Below are positions 20,083 to 32,127 of a DNA stretch of 33,561 nucleotides, one piece after another. The DNA is taken from NCBI GenBank assembly GCA_012862495.1, contig BLSG01000062.1, positions 7,875 to 41,435 of the forward strand, read 5' to 3'. The stretch comes from Thraustochytrium aureum. Lineage: Eukaryota. Below the pieces are notes generated by a model. That model did no database searches and was not told the origin of the DNA. It saw only the letters and a list, made by a program, of their open reading frames with translations. Made by a program: the position numbers and the translations under genes. The stretch's first letter is position 1. Each line of letters begins with the position of its first letter.

Positions 20083-22234
20083 ATGGGTGCCACCGTCAGC
20101 GTCCGCGAGAATTTGCCCGGGTGCAACGGCGCGAGCGAAGAGCTCAGGTCGCGCGATCAGGATCGACTGCATTTTGAGTTTGAGCAGCAGCTGGCCAAGT
20201 CTGTGGTTGCGCGGGATGGGTGCGGCCTGCTCGATGCGAGGGAGGAAATCGCGCGACTTCGGTTTCTGCTGAGCTGCTCAAATGCGCACTTTCACTCTGC
20301 CAGGGAAGTCAACACGGTGCAAGGCAAAGGCGAGATCGAGCAGCAGGAGATCCTCGTCCCCCTTGCCAAGCGCGCCGCTCCAGGCCCGCGCGAGGACAAG
20401 ACGATCGCAACGCCCAAGGCACTCCAGATGCTCGGTGCGAGCTTTGGCGACTTCCTCAAGGAGATCGAGTCGAGTGGCAAGGCATACAAGGACAGCGATT
20501 TCCCGCCGTCACGCGAGTCCCTAGCGAGCGACTGGACCGCGCTGGCTCCTGAACAGCAGCAAGCCTGGGCCAAGTTTGAGTGGAAGCGCATGGAGGAGAT
20601 TTGGCCCGATCGCTCGCCCGCGCTCTTCGAACACGGAATCTCCCCCAAAGACGTGCACCAGGGTGGGCTCGGGGACTGCTACCTCTTGTCTGCACTGGCT
20701 GTCCTTGCGGAGCACCCCAACCGCATAAAAAAGCTGTTCTTGCAGAGCGAGACGAGCAAGAGCGGGGCGTACGGCGTTCAGCTCTGCTACAACGGAGCCT
20801 GGAAGACGATCACGGTGGACGACTACGTTCCGTTCAACCCAGAGGAGGGCGGCCCGGCTTTCGCTCGCCCCAACGTCGGCGCCGAAAAGTGGGTCTGCCT
20901 TCTCGAAAAGGCGTGGGCAAAAGTGAATGGAAGCTACCAGGCAATCGAAGGCGGGATCACCAGCCGCGTTCTGCGCCAGCTCACGGGATGCCGCACCGAG
21001 GTCTTTGACATGGAAGACCCCAAGCTGGCCTGGGACGCGATGGTGCGCGCCGAAAGCAAGCAGTATGTCGTGACCGCCGAGGTGGGCGACGTCCCAGGCG
21101 ACCTCGAGGCTTTGACTGGCATAGTCGAGCGCCACGCGTACGCGATCCTTGGCGTCTACACCATCCCAACGCCTGGCAACCCGCGTCGGCAAACGCGCCT
21201 GCTCCAGATCCGAAACCCGTGGGGAAGAGTGGAGTGGACCGGGGACTGGAGCGACTCGTCCAAGCTCTGGACGAGTGAGACCAAGGCCTTGGTGGGCTGG
21301 AGCGACGCGGACGACGGCATTTTCCACATGTCGCTGTTGGATTTCGCCAAAGTGTTTGAGAATGTGGTGATCTGCCATGTGCAAGACGACCTGGCGTTCA
21401 GCAATTCGGAGATGGCCCTCTTCTGTGACAACGGCCCTGCGAGCGGTCCGGCGTTGCCGATGGGCGTGCTCAGCCCGTACCGCCGCGCCTGCGTCAAGCT
21501 CACCGTGCACAAGGAGGGCTCCTACACGCTGGGCCTCCACCAGCCGGACAAGCGCGCCGAGGAGCGCAACGAGGACGTCGATCCGGAGATGGCCCCCTCG
21601 TATGACGCGATCAAGTTCTGGATCACAAAGCTTCCTGCCGAGAACAGCCTAGGCTACAATTCGGTCGGCTCGTCGGAGTGGGCACCCGCGCGTGATGTAT
21701 ACGTCGCCGAAAAGACGCTGACGCCGGGCGAATACCTGTGCTTTGCCACGTCGCCGGATCTCGTCGAGGGCGACAAGCGCACTTTTGTGATGAGCGCCGT
21801 TGGCCCCTGCCACAGTGGAGATGAGCGTCGTCCACGCTGGTGCGCGCCAAAATTTGGCGCTGCAGCCGGACTCGGAGTGGCGCGCGGTCTCCTCGCGGCT
21901 CTTCGAGGCCTACGAGGGCTGGTGCGAAGCTGCCGGAAAGGCAAGCACTTATGCTGCGGCCGGCCACCCAGGGATCGTCAAGCACTCTTGGACAACGCAG
22001 CAAGAGGGCGTCGTCGTTTTGTCCTTCAAGAACGGGTCGAAGAAAACGCTCCACGAGTCGATCAAGTTTTCCCTCACCAATCTCGCGTTGGTCCAGCTCG
22101 TCAATGCCACAGTGGAGGGCGATGCTGTCGAGGTCGAGGTCAAGCCCGGCGAGACCGCATTGATTGTGCTTGAACAGATTCGAGCCGACGACGGCTTTAG
22201 CTACAGCTACGGCTCGACGTACTCTGTCCGGTGA
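20083..22234 (+). CDS. Calpain-family cysteine protease (CysPc + domain III), putatively N-myristoylated; frameshift in the C-run at 21804-21807
   Basis: Catalytic triad motifs QGGLGDCYLLSAL, HAYAIL and IRNPWG, plus LLEKAWAKVNGSY and DDGIFHM. Starts MGATVS at 20083. The C-terminus continues in ORF 21800-22234. Confidence 0.92.
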
Positions 22235-22440
22235 TGCGCCAGCTCGTCCACGGGCAGCAATTCAGCCGCAAAATGAATCAAAGCGCACGATACTTGCACA
22301 AATGCCGCCCAGCTCCCGCCCTCAATTGGACCGTCGTGCCCAACCACTAGAGTTCTTAGCAGTAGAGTGTCGATACCGTTGTCCTGGATTTGATCAGCAA
22401 AATCGCGTTCCCTGTGCCATAGCCCGCTCATAGCACCGTT

Positions 22441-22590
22441 GCCGGCGTGGGCTCGTCGAGACAAGTCCCAAGGAGGTTCCTTCAGTTGCGTCTCGACGGG
22501 CTCCTTCACAACGTTGTTGGCCACGGTGCCGGTGCGGGCTCGTCGAGACAAAACAAGTCCCTTCAGCCGCGTCTCGACGGGCTCCTTCGC
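22441..22590. repeat. Two tandem units, each an inverted repeat (gggctcgtcgagac ... gtctcgacgggctc)
   Basis: Arms at 22449-22462/22490-22503 and 22536-22549/22571-22584. Confidence 0.85.
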
Positions 22591-22908
22591 AGGGCTTGCA
22601 TCCGCAGTCCAGTCTGCTCGTCCTTGACGCGTTGCCTTCGTTCCTCACCTGAAATGAACACCAAGATGCCCGAGCCACAGCCTGCCTGAGCCCGAGCACG
22701 CACGCCGCGAACGCCGCGAGACTTGACTCCAGAGATTGATTTTGACAAGACTCGCGAGAAGCGCCTGGAGAGGAAGGAGCCTTGACGGTTGTTGCAAGAG
22801 CACTGAATGCCAAGACCAGACCCAAGACAACAACATCGACTCTGCTGGTGCGTTCGAGCGTGTCGTGGCGGTGCACCAGTGGCGAGTTGAGGCCTGGCCC
22901 TTCCGAGG

Positions 22909-24009
22909 ATGGCGTTGTGGCGCCCTTGCTTTGCGCTATCCGGCCTGTTCGTGCTGGCAATTCTCGTGGTTGCCTTGAACTTGTATTCTGTGGGGAGCCT
23001 CGAGAGCGCTTTGGAGAACGAACCCGACAATGCCGTCGTCCTGGGCACCCACGACGCGGAGGCTCGCGTCTGGGACGCCGCGGATGCCGCGGATGCCGCG
23101 GACGTCGTGGACGTCGTGGACGAAGGGGCCTGCGAAGCGCCAAGGTTTGACCTTGCCACGCAAGGCGGGTTTGACGAGCGCGGCAGGTTTGCGTTTGAAG
23201 GCCCCTGCGCCAAGGCCGGCGTTGCGATGTGGCGCACAGATCCCGAAGAAATCTGCGAGGAGTTGAGCCAGGTGCATCTCACGATCATCGGACAGAGTAC
23301 CGAGCGAAGGCTAGTGTACGCGCTGCTCGAGATGTTGTCAGGCTCGAGCGCGGCGTTCGAGAACGGGCCAAGCGGGGCCAACAAACTCTTCGACAGCCGT
23401 GACCTCAACATTCACGATGTTGTCAAGAAACGCGGCGCTCCTGCGAAAATGCGCAGCTGCCTGGCGCTAAAGTTTTCTTTCAACAAGTGGTCATCAAGCA
23501 TCATTCGCGACGTGCGAGAGACGGTCCTCAAGGCTCCGAAGCGACAACCCGCCGGGCGGCGACGCGTGCTGCTGTTCCAGTTTGGCCTGTATAGCTTGGC
23601 CGACGGAAGGTTGCGCACCGACGACGCAGTTGCTCTCGAGGCCGAAGAAATGAAGAAACTTTTGCAGGATGGCAAGGTTGCGGCAGCGGCCAAGGCGAAA
23701 GGGATCCGCCTGATGTGGCGCCCTCCGCTTCCGGTCAACGCAACACATCGTCGGTTTCCAGGTTACAAGGGGAGAACGAACAGGCAACTAAAGCTCCTTC
23801 GCCAACTCACTGTGCCCACCGCGCTCGCCGCGGGGATGTGCATTTGGGACGCCTTTGATGCGATCCTGGACGGGGCACGCGCTGGGCACCTCCAGTTCGA
23901 GAGCGGGCAAGAGTGGTCGCCACCTCAAGCGGGCGGAATCCATCTAACGGACGGGGGGCGGCGGGTTGTCGCTCAGACGTTCTTGGCGGCGCTGCAGCTC
24001 TGCAAGTAG
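22909..24009 (+). CDS. Signal-anchored SGNH/PC-esterase-like protein
   Basis: 366-aa ORF with an N-terminal hydrophobic helix, IIGQSTER (GDS-like block) and GGIHLTDGG (His block). A paralog lies downstream. The fold assignment is an inference from motif spacing. Confidence 0.7.
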   Translation: MALWRPCFALSGLFVLAILVVALNLYSVGSLESALENEPDNAVVLGTHDAEARVWDAADAADAADVVDVVDEGACEAPRFDLATQGGFDERGRFAFEGPCAKAGVAMWRTDPEEICEELSQVHLTIIGQSTERRLVYALLEMLSGSSAAFENGPSGANKLFDSRDLNIHDVVKKRGAPAKMRSCLALKFSFNKWSSSIIRDVRETVLKAPKRQPAGRRRVLLFQFGLYSLADGRLRTDDAVALEAEEMKKLLQDGKVAAAAKAKGIRLMWRPPLPVNATHRRFPGYKGRTNRQLKLLRQLTVPTALAAGMCIWDAFDAILDGARAGHLQFESGQEWSPPQAGGIHLTDGGRRVVAQTFLAALQLCK

Positions 24010-24045
24010 GAGCAACTGCTCGGCTAGCGATCGTGCGGTACCTAG

Positions 24046-24128
24046 CACGTGCAAACACGTGCCGTGGAGGAGACGTGCAAACACGTGCCGTGGGGGAGAC
24101 GCGCAAAACCCGTGCCGTGGAGGAGACG
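24046..24128. repeat. 26-bp tandem repeat x3 containing CACGTG motifs
   Basis: Unit acgtgcaaacacgtgccgtggaggag; the third copy is degenerate. Confidence 0.85.
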
Positions 24129-25844
24129 GCTGCCGTTCAAATTCACGAGGCTGCCACATGCGCTGGGCATTTCGAAGGAGGCCGTGGTCGGCTTCGGCCA
24201 GAGGTAGCGGGGCGTCCGTTTGGCACGGCAGATTATCTTGATGTAGCACGTCTGGAGGCAGACTGGGCCCAATCCGCGCCAAAGCTGGAGGGGAACTGCA
24301 GCGCCCATAGGGGGCTTGGGAGAGCTTGTCACCCGTGATGGTCCAACACTATGTTGTGCCGCGCAGCATGCTGAATGGCGCTGGGGTATGAATGATTGCG
24401 TCTCAACACGCAACATACTCTGCGCGCTCTAGAAGCTTCTGGACCGCGCAGGAATGGCACGAGAGAAGAAGAATGGGCGTGTGCGAAATCCGCGCGCTGC
24501 CGAGGCTGCAGTTCTCAAGTAAAACTACTACTAATTTAAACTTTGTGGTTGTCGCAGACCGTGAAACCGGGCCTGGCCACCCGCGCCCCCAACCGTCGCG
24601 AGTCGAGCGTTCGCACGGACCAGACACCAGCGCGTGAGCGGGGTTGCAAGGCCCTCCTAGTGATGCCATTGGCCGGTGATCCCTGGATCTCGGGCGGCCT
24701 CAGCTCGTCGTCCGAGTTCACGAGCGACCGGCGGGCTCACCGCGTGCCATACCCGGCGTCCTCGATTCAAAGCCGCTGCCAGAAAACCAACCCTGCTGGC
24801 AACACAAGATCTCGTCAAGAGAGGAACTACGAACGCTCACGCGGACAACCTTCGAGTACCTCGAGGTCCCAACACCCCCCAGCACCGGTGAACCGCGCGC
24901 TCCGAGCGCCACGATCGCGCCAGATCGCGACCGGTAATCGTGGGGGCGTCGCCGCGGAGCCTGTTCGTAAGTGAGTTTACAAGTACTCACTTAGACGCAC
25001 CTCGCAGCGAATGATGCCTCGGAAGTGCTAACTTCGTGGGGACCAAAGGAGGCTGGCCACCAAAACCGGCTCCGCCACGCAATCCAAGCGGCAGCGAAAC
25101 GATCTCTCCAGAGCGAGCCAGAGAGCGGCGCGCGCTGCGAGAGGCTCGAAGCGGCCAGCCCGCACAAGCCGCCCCATCTCTCTGTCCCTCGCGGCGGCGG
25201 CGGGCGGGCGGGCGGGCGCGCGGGCGGCGGCGCGAGCTTTGGAGATCCAGCTAGAGGTCGCGAGCGCGNNNNNNNNNNNNNNNNNNNNNNNNNNNNNNNN
25301 NNNNNNNNNNNNNNNNNNNNNNNNNNNNNNNNNNNNNNNNNNNNNNNNNNNNNNNNNNNNNNNNNNNNNNNNNNNNNNNNNNNNNNNNNNNNNNNNNNNN
25401 NNNNNNNNNNNNNNNNNNNNNNNNNNNNNNNNNNNNNNNNNNNNNNNNNNNNNNNNNNNNNNNNNNNNNNNNNNNNNNNNNNNNNNNNNNNNNNNNNNNN
25501 NNNNNNNNNNNNNNNNNNNNNNNNNNNNNNNNNNNNNNNNNNNNNNNNNNNNNNNNNNNNNNNNNNNNNNNNNNNNNNNNNNNNNNNNNNNNNNNNNNNN
25601 NNNNNNNNNNNNNNNNNNNNNNNNNNNNNNNNNNNNNNNNNNNNNNNNNNNNNNNNNNNNNNNNNNNNNNNNNNNNNNNNNNNNNNNNNNNNNNNNNNNN
25701 NNNNNNNNNNNNNNNNNNNNNNNNNNNNNNNNNNNNNNNNNNNNNNNNNNNNNNNNNNNNNNNNNNNNNNNNNNNNNNNNNNNNNNNNNNNNNNNNNNNN
25801 NNNNNNNNNNNNNNNNNNNNNNNNNNNNNNNNNNNNNNNNNNNC

Positions 25845-26162
25845 AACGTGATCCTGATCTGGCGGCCGCCAGTCCCGGTGCAGAACGACCACAAGCGCTT
25901 CCGGCGGTACAAGTCGGCGAACGGAGCGCTGGACCAGTGGCGACTCGCTTCCAACCAGGTCGCCAAGGCGAACGGGGTATGCATCTTGGACACCTTTGAT
26001 GCCCTCCTTGACGGCGTGGACAAGGGCGTGGTCAAGTTTGAGACCGGCCTGGAGTGGAAGCCGCCGCAGTTTGGAGGCATCCACCTCAAAGACAATGGCC
26101 GCAAGCTGGTCTGCCAGCTGACGCTCAACGTGCTCGACTACTGCGCCAACAACCCGTACTGA
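25845..26162 (+). CDS. C-terminal part of a paralog of the 22909-24009 protein (5' part in the gap)
   Basis: LIWRPPVPV...HKRF...GVCILDTFDALLDG...FETGLEWKPPQFGGIHLKDNGR aligns by eye with LMWRPPLPV...HRRF...GMCIWDAFDAILDG...FESGQEWSPPQAGGIHLTDGGR. Confidence 0.85.
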   Translation, partial: NVILIWRPPVPVQNDHKRFRRYKSANGALDQWRLASNQVAKANGVCILDTFDALLDGVDKGVVKFETGLEWKPPQFGGIHLKDNGRKLVCQLTLNVLDYCANNPY

Positions 26163-26359
26163 CGGCGGCGCGCACTATTTCCGAAACGGAAACGCTGTGT
26201 AGAAACTTTAGTCATTGCTTGTGTGTTGAACTGCCACCAGGCCAACTTGGACCTCGCGAGCGCTGCGCGCGTCGACCACGTCATTCAGACCGCGTGCGAG
26301 GTCTTTCGAGCGCAGCCAACGCCGCGGTTGGTGGCGACGCGGGAGGGCGCGAGCGAGCT

Positions 26360-27826
26360 TTAGGCGCGGTCAATGCTCTTGATCGAAACTTTGTGCACCT
26401 CATCCGACTCGATCCCCATGTCGTCAAGCAGCTTGGCGAGCTTGACCTTGCCATTCATGCTCTCCAGCAAGTCTTGGCACGTGTTCGTGACCGCCGCCTT
26501 GCGGTCTCGCCAGGCAGCGCGGAAGAACTTTAGCTCTGCCTGGGAGTGCCTCCAGACCCTTGCTGGCCCGTTCGGCGACGTTGTTGGCGACCGCGCCAAT
26601 GTTCTCCTTCTCTGTCGACTTGGCGGCCTTGATCTGCGCGTTGGCGGACGCCAGTTCTCGTTCAAGTTCTGCGACGCGCCCCGCCAGCGCGTTGTCTTCG
26701 GGCTGACGCTCGAGCTCAGCCACCTCGTTGCGGAGCGCGTCGAGCTGCTCGCGCGGGCCCTCGAGGGCAGCCTTGGCCTTGGCGAGCCGGTCTTTGGCTC
26801 CTGCGGCTGCCGCTTCGACGGAGTGGCCGAACACTGACTGGTCGAGCCAGAAGACCTTCTTGTCGTTTCGCTGCACGAGCTCCTTCTCTGCAAGCACGTC
26901 GAGAGACTTTGTAATCTGCAGCTTGGTGAGTTGGTCCATGCCGCGCGCGAGGTCCGCGAGGCCCCAGGGCCTGTTGGTTCGCTTCATATAATCGTAAACG
27001 AGCTTGCTGGTGCGATCCAGGCGCTTGACGGCATCGGGTTCCTCCGCAAGGGCGGCGGCCTCCTTGGCGCCGTGCCCTTCGGTATCGGCGTCTTCTTCTT
27101 CTTCTTCTTCTTCTTCACCTTCCTCACCCCCCTCGCCACGGCCGCTGGACTTGGTCTCGGGCTCGTCCGCTTCAGCGCCGTCCGAGGCGGCGGCAGCCTC
27201 GTCGTCCTCCCCGTCGCCAGCCGCAGTCGGCGCGGCGCCGGCGCCGGCTGCGACCGAGCGCTCTTCATCGTCGCTCAGCTGCGTCGCTGGCACGATCTGC
27301 GTAGGCGTGAAGTCGTCTTCTTCGGCGCTCTCCGCCGGGTTGGCTTGCTCGCTCGCCTTGGCCTTCTTGGAGCGAGCCTTGGACTTTGGCTGCGGCGGCG
27401 CTTCCCCCTGTCGCTTGTCGCCCGGCCTCGACGCGGCGAGCGCCGCTTCGGGGCAGGCGAGGCCTCCGAGGCGCTGTCGTTCTCAAGTGACGCCCGTCCG
27501 CGCTTGGTGGGAGGCGCTGGCGAGGCTGGCGACACCGGGCTGGCCTCGGCCTTGCTCGCTCGCCCACGGCGGCGCTTCGAGGGCGACGGCGTCTCCATCT
27601 GGACCGAGTCGTTGCCCGATCGCCCGCGCTTGTTGCGGTCTGCGGCATTGCTCGCCTCTGGCTTTTCGCGCGGAGCCGGACCGCCCTTTGTTCGCGGGCC
27701 GTTGCGCATGGGCCTGGAGAAGTCGTCGTCGTCGGAAGAATCGTCGCCCTCCTCGTCGTCCTCAGGGCCCTCGTCGACTTGAAAGTCGCCGTCCTCGTCC
27801 TCCTTTTCGTCATCTATGCCGGTGTC
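26360..27826 (-). CDS. HOP2: Hop2/TBPIP (PSMC3IP) homolog with a long acidic/basic low-complexity N-terminus; frameshifts near 26543 and ~27420; 5' end in the gap
   Basis: Winged-helix VYDYMKRTNRPWG...ITKSLDVLAEKELV...KKVFWLDQ, then a coiled coil, then C-terminal AWRDRKAAV...LLDDMGIESDE matching the Hop2 W-x-x-RK...GIETDE pattern. Confidence 0.8.
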
Positions 27827-28365
27827 NNNNNNNNNNNNNNNNNNNNNNNNNNNNNNNNNNNNNNNNNNNNNNNNNNNNNNNNNNNNNNNNNNNNNNNNNN
27901 NNNNNNNNNNNNNNNNNNNNNNNNNNNNNNNNNNNNNNNNNNNNNNNNNNNNNNNNNNNNNNNNNNNNNNNNNNNNNNNNNNNNNNNNNNNNNNNNNNNN
28001 NNNNNNNNNNNNNNNNNNNNNNNNNNNNNNNNNNNNNNNNNNNNNNNNNNNNNNNNNNNNNNNNNNNNNNNNNNNNNNNNNNNNNNNNNNNNNNNNNNNN
28101 NNNNNNNNNNNNNNNNNNNNNNNNNNNNNNNNNNNNNNNNNNNNNNNNNNNNNNNNNNNNNNNNNNNNNNNNNNNNNNNNNNNNNNNNNNNNNNNNNNNN
28201 NNNNNNNNNNNNNNNNNNNNNNNNNNNNNNNNNNNNNNNNNNNNNNNNNNNNNNNNNNNNNNNNNNNNNNNNNNNNNNNNNNNNNNNNNNNNNNNNGAAC
28301 CCCGAGCGCGCCGAGCCTTTACGCAAACCGCACGCAAACCCTCTACGCACGCACACCCTCTACTG

Positions 28366-28366
<1 letters not shown>

Positions 28367-28423
<57 letters not shown>
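28367..28423. repeat. (GCT)19 trinucleotide microsatellite
   Basis: Perfect run in the region between the Hop2-like and HID1 genes. Confidence 0.95.
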
Positions 28424-28424
<1 letters not shown>

Positions 28425-29133
28425 GTTGCTCTGCCCCGTTGGGTGTCTGCCGCACTCCGCGTTCTGGTTCTGCTCTCGCGTTGCGTCCCACCCTAACCAC
28501 TAGGTCACCATTCGCCTGCGCAAGGTTGCACCCTAGCGCCGTCCAGTCCGTTAACATCTGCGCGGACAAGTACACACCACCTACGCGCGCTGACGTGTAC
28601 GGCACAGTACCGGACACCGTCGCGGAGCCCGCCCGCTGTTTTTGAACGCCGAGTATTGCGGGGCTGGGCAAGGTGTTAGTTACGCCGGAGCGGACAAGGA
28701 GGTTATTAACGGGGTTAGGTACGGTGGAGTTGTCGACCGGAGGCGGGGGACAGCCAGGCGGGGAGTGGTAAGTAACGCGCGACGGGAGCCGAACGCGGCT
28801 CCAGGCAGGCGAGGGCGCGGCAGAGCGTCGCGGGCGGGGCGCCGCGAGCGGAGTGGCGCGGGCGCAGGCGGCTGGCGCGCTTCCGTCTGCTACTGGAGCT
28901 CTGCTGCGGCTCTGCTTCGGTTTGGTGTTGGTCTGGTCCGGATCGGTTCCCTGGCGGGTCGGCGCTCGGCAAATTTGTTCTTGGCTTCGTGCACGACGAG
29001 GACGACGCTGCCCCGCGGCCGCCTGCCCACGACGCGAGACGCGCACAGGCGCTCGGAGGATTGCACTGCGTGGCGCACGGCCCGCCGGCCGGAGAGGTGC
29101 GCATCGGCGCCGAAGCTGCTTGGCCAGCGCGGA

Positions 29134-31421
29134 ATGGGCAACTCGGATAGCAGGGCAGTGTTTCGCGGGCTCGTGCAAGCGCTGCTGGAGGATGATATTG
29201 CGCCGGAGAGCCCGCTGTGGGAAAAGTTCTGGGACCTCCCCAAATGCGCGGATGACGTCTTTGAGCTGATCCAGCCAGGCGACGTCCGCATGCTGCTGAG
29301 GGAAAACCCCGCCAAGCTGCAGACGCTGCTGCTCAAAGCAGCTCGCAAGATGGAGGGGCCTCTAGTGGCCTCCGGGCCGCTGGACGCGGCGACGGCTCTC
29401 CACGCGCTAAACGCAGTGCGCGTCCTGACGCGGGTCCTCCCGTTTGTCCTCGAGCGGCAGGACGAGGCCTTTGTCGACGCGATGCTGTGGGACCCCGCTA
29501 GCTTTGACGGGACGAGCTCTGTGGCCGAGACGCTGATTTGGCGCCTCGGCCGCCTGCTCTTCTTGCCCGGGTTTACGCTCTCCCCGCGCGTGGCGCGCCC
29601 AGCTCCCCGCGAAGCCGGCCAATCGGGGCGCAAAGTCATGCGGCCCATGTCGACGAGCGGCATGACCGAGGATAACGACACTGACACAGGCGAAAGGGAG
29701 GACGGCGAGGGCGAGGGCGAAGATTCGAACGAGGAGGCCGCCTCGCAGCTCGTACTGAACACCGCCATTCTGTGGAGCGAAGGTGTGGGCACCGCGTCAG
29801 CGACGGCCAAGCCAATCGTCGACGACTCGCTCAACATGACCCGCTACGAGCTGCTCAAGTTGCTGCTGGTCTTCCAGTCGGGCGTGCTCTACTCTGCGCC
29901 GAGCGGCTGCAAGCCGGAGACCAACCGGTGGATCGCAGCGATCTCGCTGCACGAGCTAGAAACGGGCGGGATTTGCTTTGGGCGCGAGCTGTTCTTCTCC
30001 CTGCTCAACCAGGTGTGCCGGTACGACCCCGTGGGCTGGGGCGTTCCCTTTGCGAGTGCGATCCGCTCCGGCAAGTCGGACGACCTTTTCACGGACGCGT
30101 GCCTGCAAAACCTGCTGGTCCTGCTTGAGGTGAACTCTTGGTCAAACGTGTTCCGGCGCCTTCTGAGCGACATCCAGGCTCCCGAGGAGCTTGAGCTGCT
30201 GTACTCGAGCATCGCTCGGCTGCTGCGAAACGTCCCCGAGGCCACGAACGCGCTTCTGCCGGGCTCGACCAAGCCCGTGGAGTGCTACCAAGAGCTGCTT
30301 GTCCTGTTTTGGAAGCTTCTGGACAGCAACAAGGCCTTCATGCGTACGCCCTCCAGAGCTGCGACATCCAGTTCGTCGTGGCGCCGGTCTGCTTCTTCAT
30401 GTGGAATGGGCGCAAGGACCCGGCCAAGGTTGGCTTGCTGCACATGTGCACGTTCGTCCTCTTGCTGCTGAGCGGGGAGCGCAACTTTGGCGTCAACCTG
30501 AACGACGCGTTCGACCTGGGTCGGCTGGCCCTCAACGGGGCGCCAAAGGTGTCGCAAGGCAACCTTGCGGACGTCCTGGTCGTCGTGTTCCACAAGCTCA
30601 TCGTGGACGGGACAAAGCGGCTCTCGACGCTCTACAACTGCTTTCTGACAGTGCTCAGCAACATATCGCCGTACATCAAGGGGTTTAGCCAGGCCTCCAG
30701 TATGCGGCTCTTGCAGCTGTTCGAGCACTTTTCAGGGAGGCGCTTCCTGCTGGGCGGCGAGAACAACCACCAGTACATCACGTTCCTGCTCGACGTTTTC
30801 AACAACGTGATTCAGTACCAGTACGAGGGCAACGCGCAGCTTGTCTACGCGTTGTGCCTCAAGCAAGAAACGCTGCGGCGCTTGGCCACCCTTGAGCTGG
30901 TGCAGGAGGCCGGGGGCGCCACGCCGCGCGAGGGGCGCCCTGGCTCTGCGCAGCGCAAGAACGGCACAGCGACGGAATACAGCGACCCTGGGGAGCCAAT
31001 CAACGGCCCTGCAGAGGGCACCGCTTTGCAACTGCAGCAAGCGGCTCGGCAGCAGCAGGCCCTGCACGGCGCATTCGTGCCGACACAGGACTGGTTCTCG
31101 TCGTGGAAGAGCAAGCTGCCCCTCTCCGCGCTGCTGCGCATGCTCGACATTCTCGTGCCCAAGGTGGAGGCGATGTGCCGGCGTGAAGACGGGACGACGC
31201 CGAGGGATGGCGAGATCTTGCACTTTTTGCGCAACTCGACGATGGTAGGGCTCCTGCCCGTCCCGCACCCGATCGTGATTCGCCGGTACCAGCCGAATCA
31301 GTACACCACCTTGTGGTTCACCACGTACACCTGGAGCGTGATCTACCTCCGAAACCAGGACAAGCCTCTGTGGGACGGAAAGCTTATCCGCCTCTTCACG
31401 ATCAACTTGGTGAGCAAGTAG
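29134..31421 (+). CDS. HID1: HID1 (dymeclin/HID1 family) Golgi protein; frameshift ~30342
   Basis: MGNSDSRAVFR myristoylation-type start, ALNAVRVLTRVLPF, YDPVGWGVP, GLLHMCTFVLLLLSGERNFGVNLN, NNVIQYQYEGNAQLVY and VGLLPVPHPIVIRRYQPN...IRLF. Confidence 0.92.
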
Positions 31422-32127
31422 AACAAGTAGTAGTTTCGATGGATGTGTGAAAAGGCTCTGGCTCGCGCGCAGCTAGCTGCCTTTCCACGGCTCGAGGCCT
31501 GCGCGCTCGCAAGTCTCGGCAGGCGCGGGGCGGGCAAGAGCCAGCCGAGCCGCCAGCCGGGCCCCGGCGTCTACAGATGTCTACANNNNNNNNNNNNNNN
31601 NNNNNNNNNNNNNNNNNNNNNNNNNNNNNNNNNNNNNNNNNNNNNNNNNNNNNNNNNNNNNNNNNNNNNNNNNNNNNNNNNNNNNNNNNNNNNNNNNNNN
31701 NNNNNNNNNNNNNNNNNNNNNNNNNNNNNNNNNNNNNNNNNNNNNNNNNNNNNNNNNNNNNNNNNNNNNNNNNNNNNNNNNNNNNNNNNNNNNNNNNNNN
31801 NNNNNNNNNNNNNNNNNNNNNNNNNNNNNNNNNNNNNNNNNNNNNNNNNNNNNNNNNNNNNNNNNNNNNNNNNNNNNNNNNNNNNNNNNNNNNNNNNNNN
31901 NNNNNNNNNNNNNNNNNNNNNNNNNNNNNNNNNNNNNNNNNNNNNNNNNNNNNNNNNNNNNNNNNNNNNNNNNNNNNNNNNNNNNNNNNNNNNNNNNNNN
32001 NNNNNNNNNNNNNNNNNNNNNNNNNNNNNNNNNNNNNNNNNNNNNNNNNNNNNNNNNNNNNNNNNNNNNNNNNNNNNNNNNNNNNNNNNNNNNNNNNNNN
32101 NNNNNNNNNNNNNNNNNNNNNNNNNNN

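Noticed and set aside
28480..28780. Telomere-like ccctaacc and short inverted matches; possible ncRNA
   Set aside because: Only isolated motifs with no recognisable RNA fold. A divergent promoter region between the Hop2-like gene and HID1 is a simpler explanation.
28642..29133. N-terminal extensions given in the ORF track for HID1 (also calpain 19972-20082 and UxaA 19143-19526)
   Set aside because: They start at non-ATG codons. Family-typical Met-Gly starts lie at 29134 and 20083; the UxaA extension crosses an N gap.
12994..31421. Three putatively myristoylated proteins close together as a functional cluster
   Set aside because: They are unrelated families with mixed orientation; probably coincidence.
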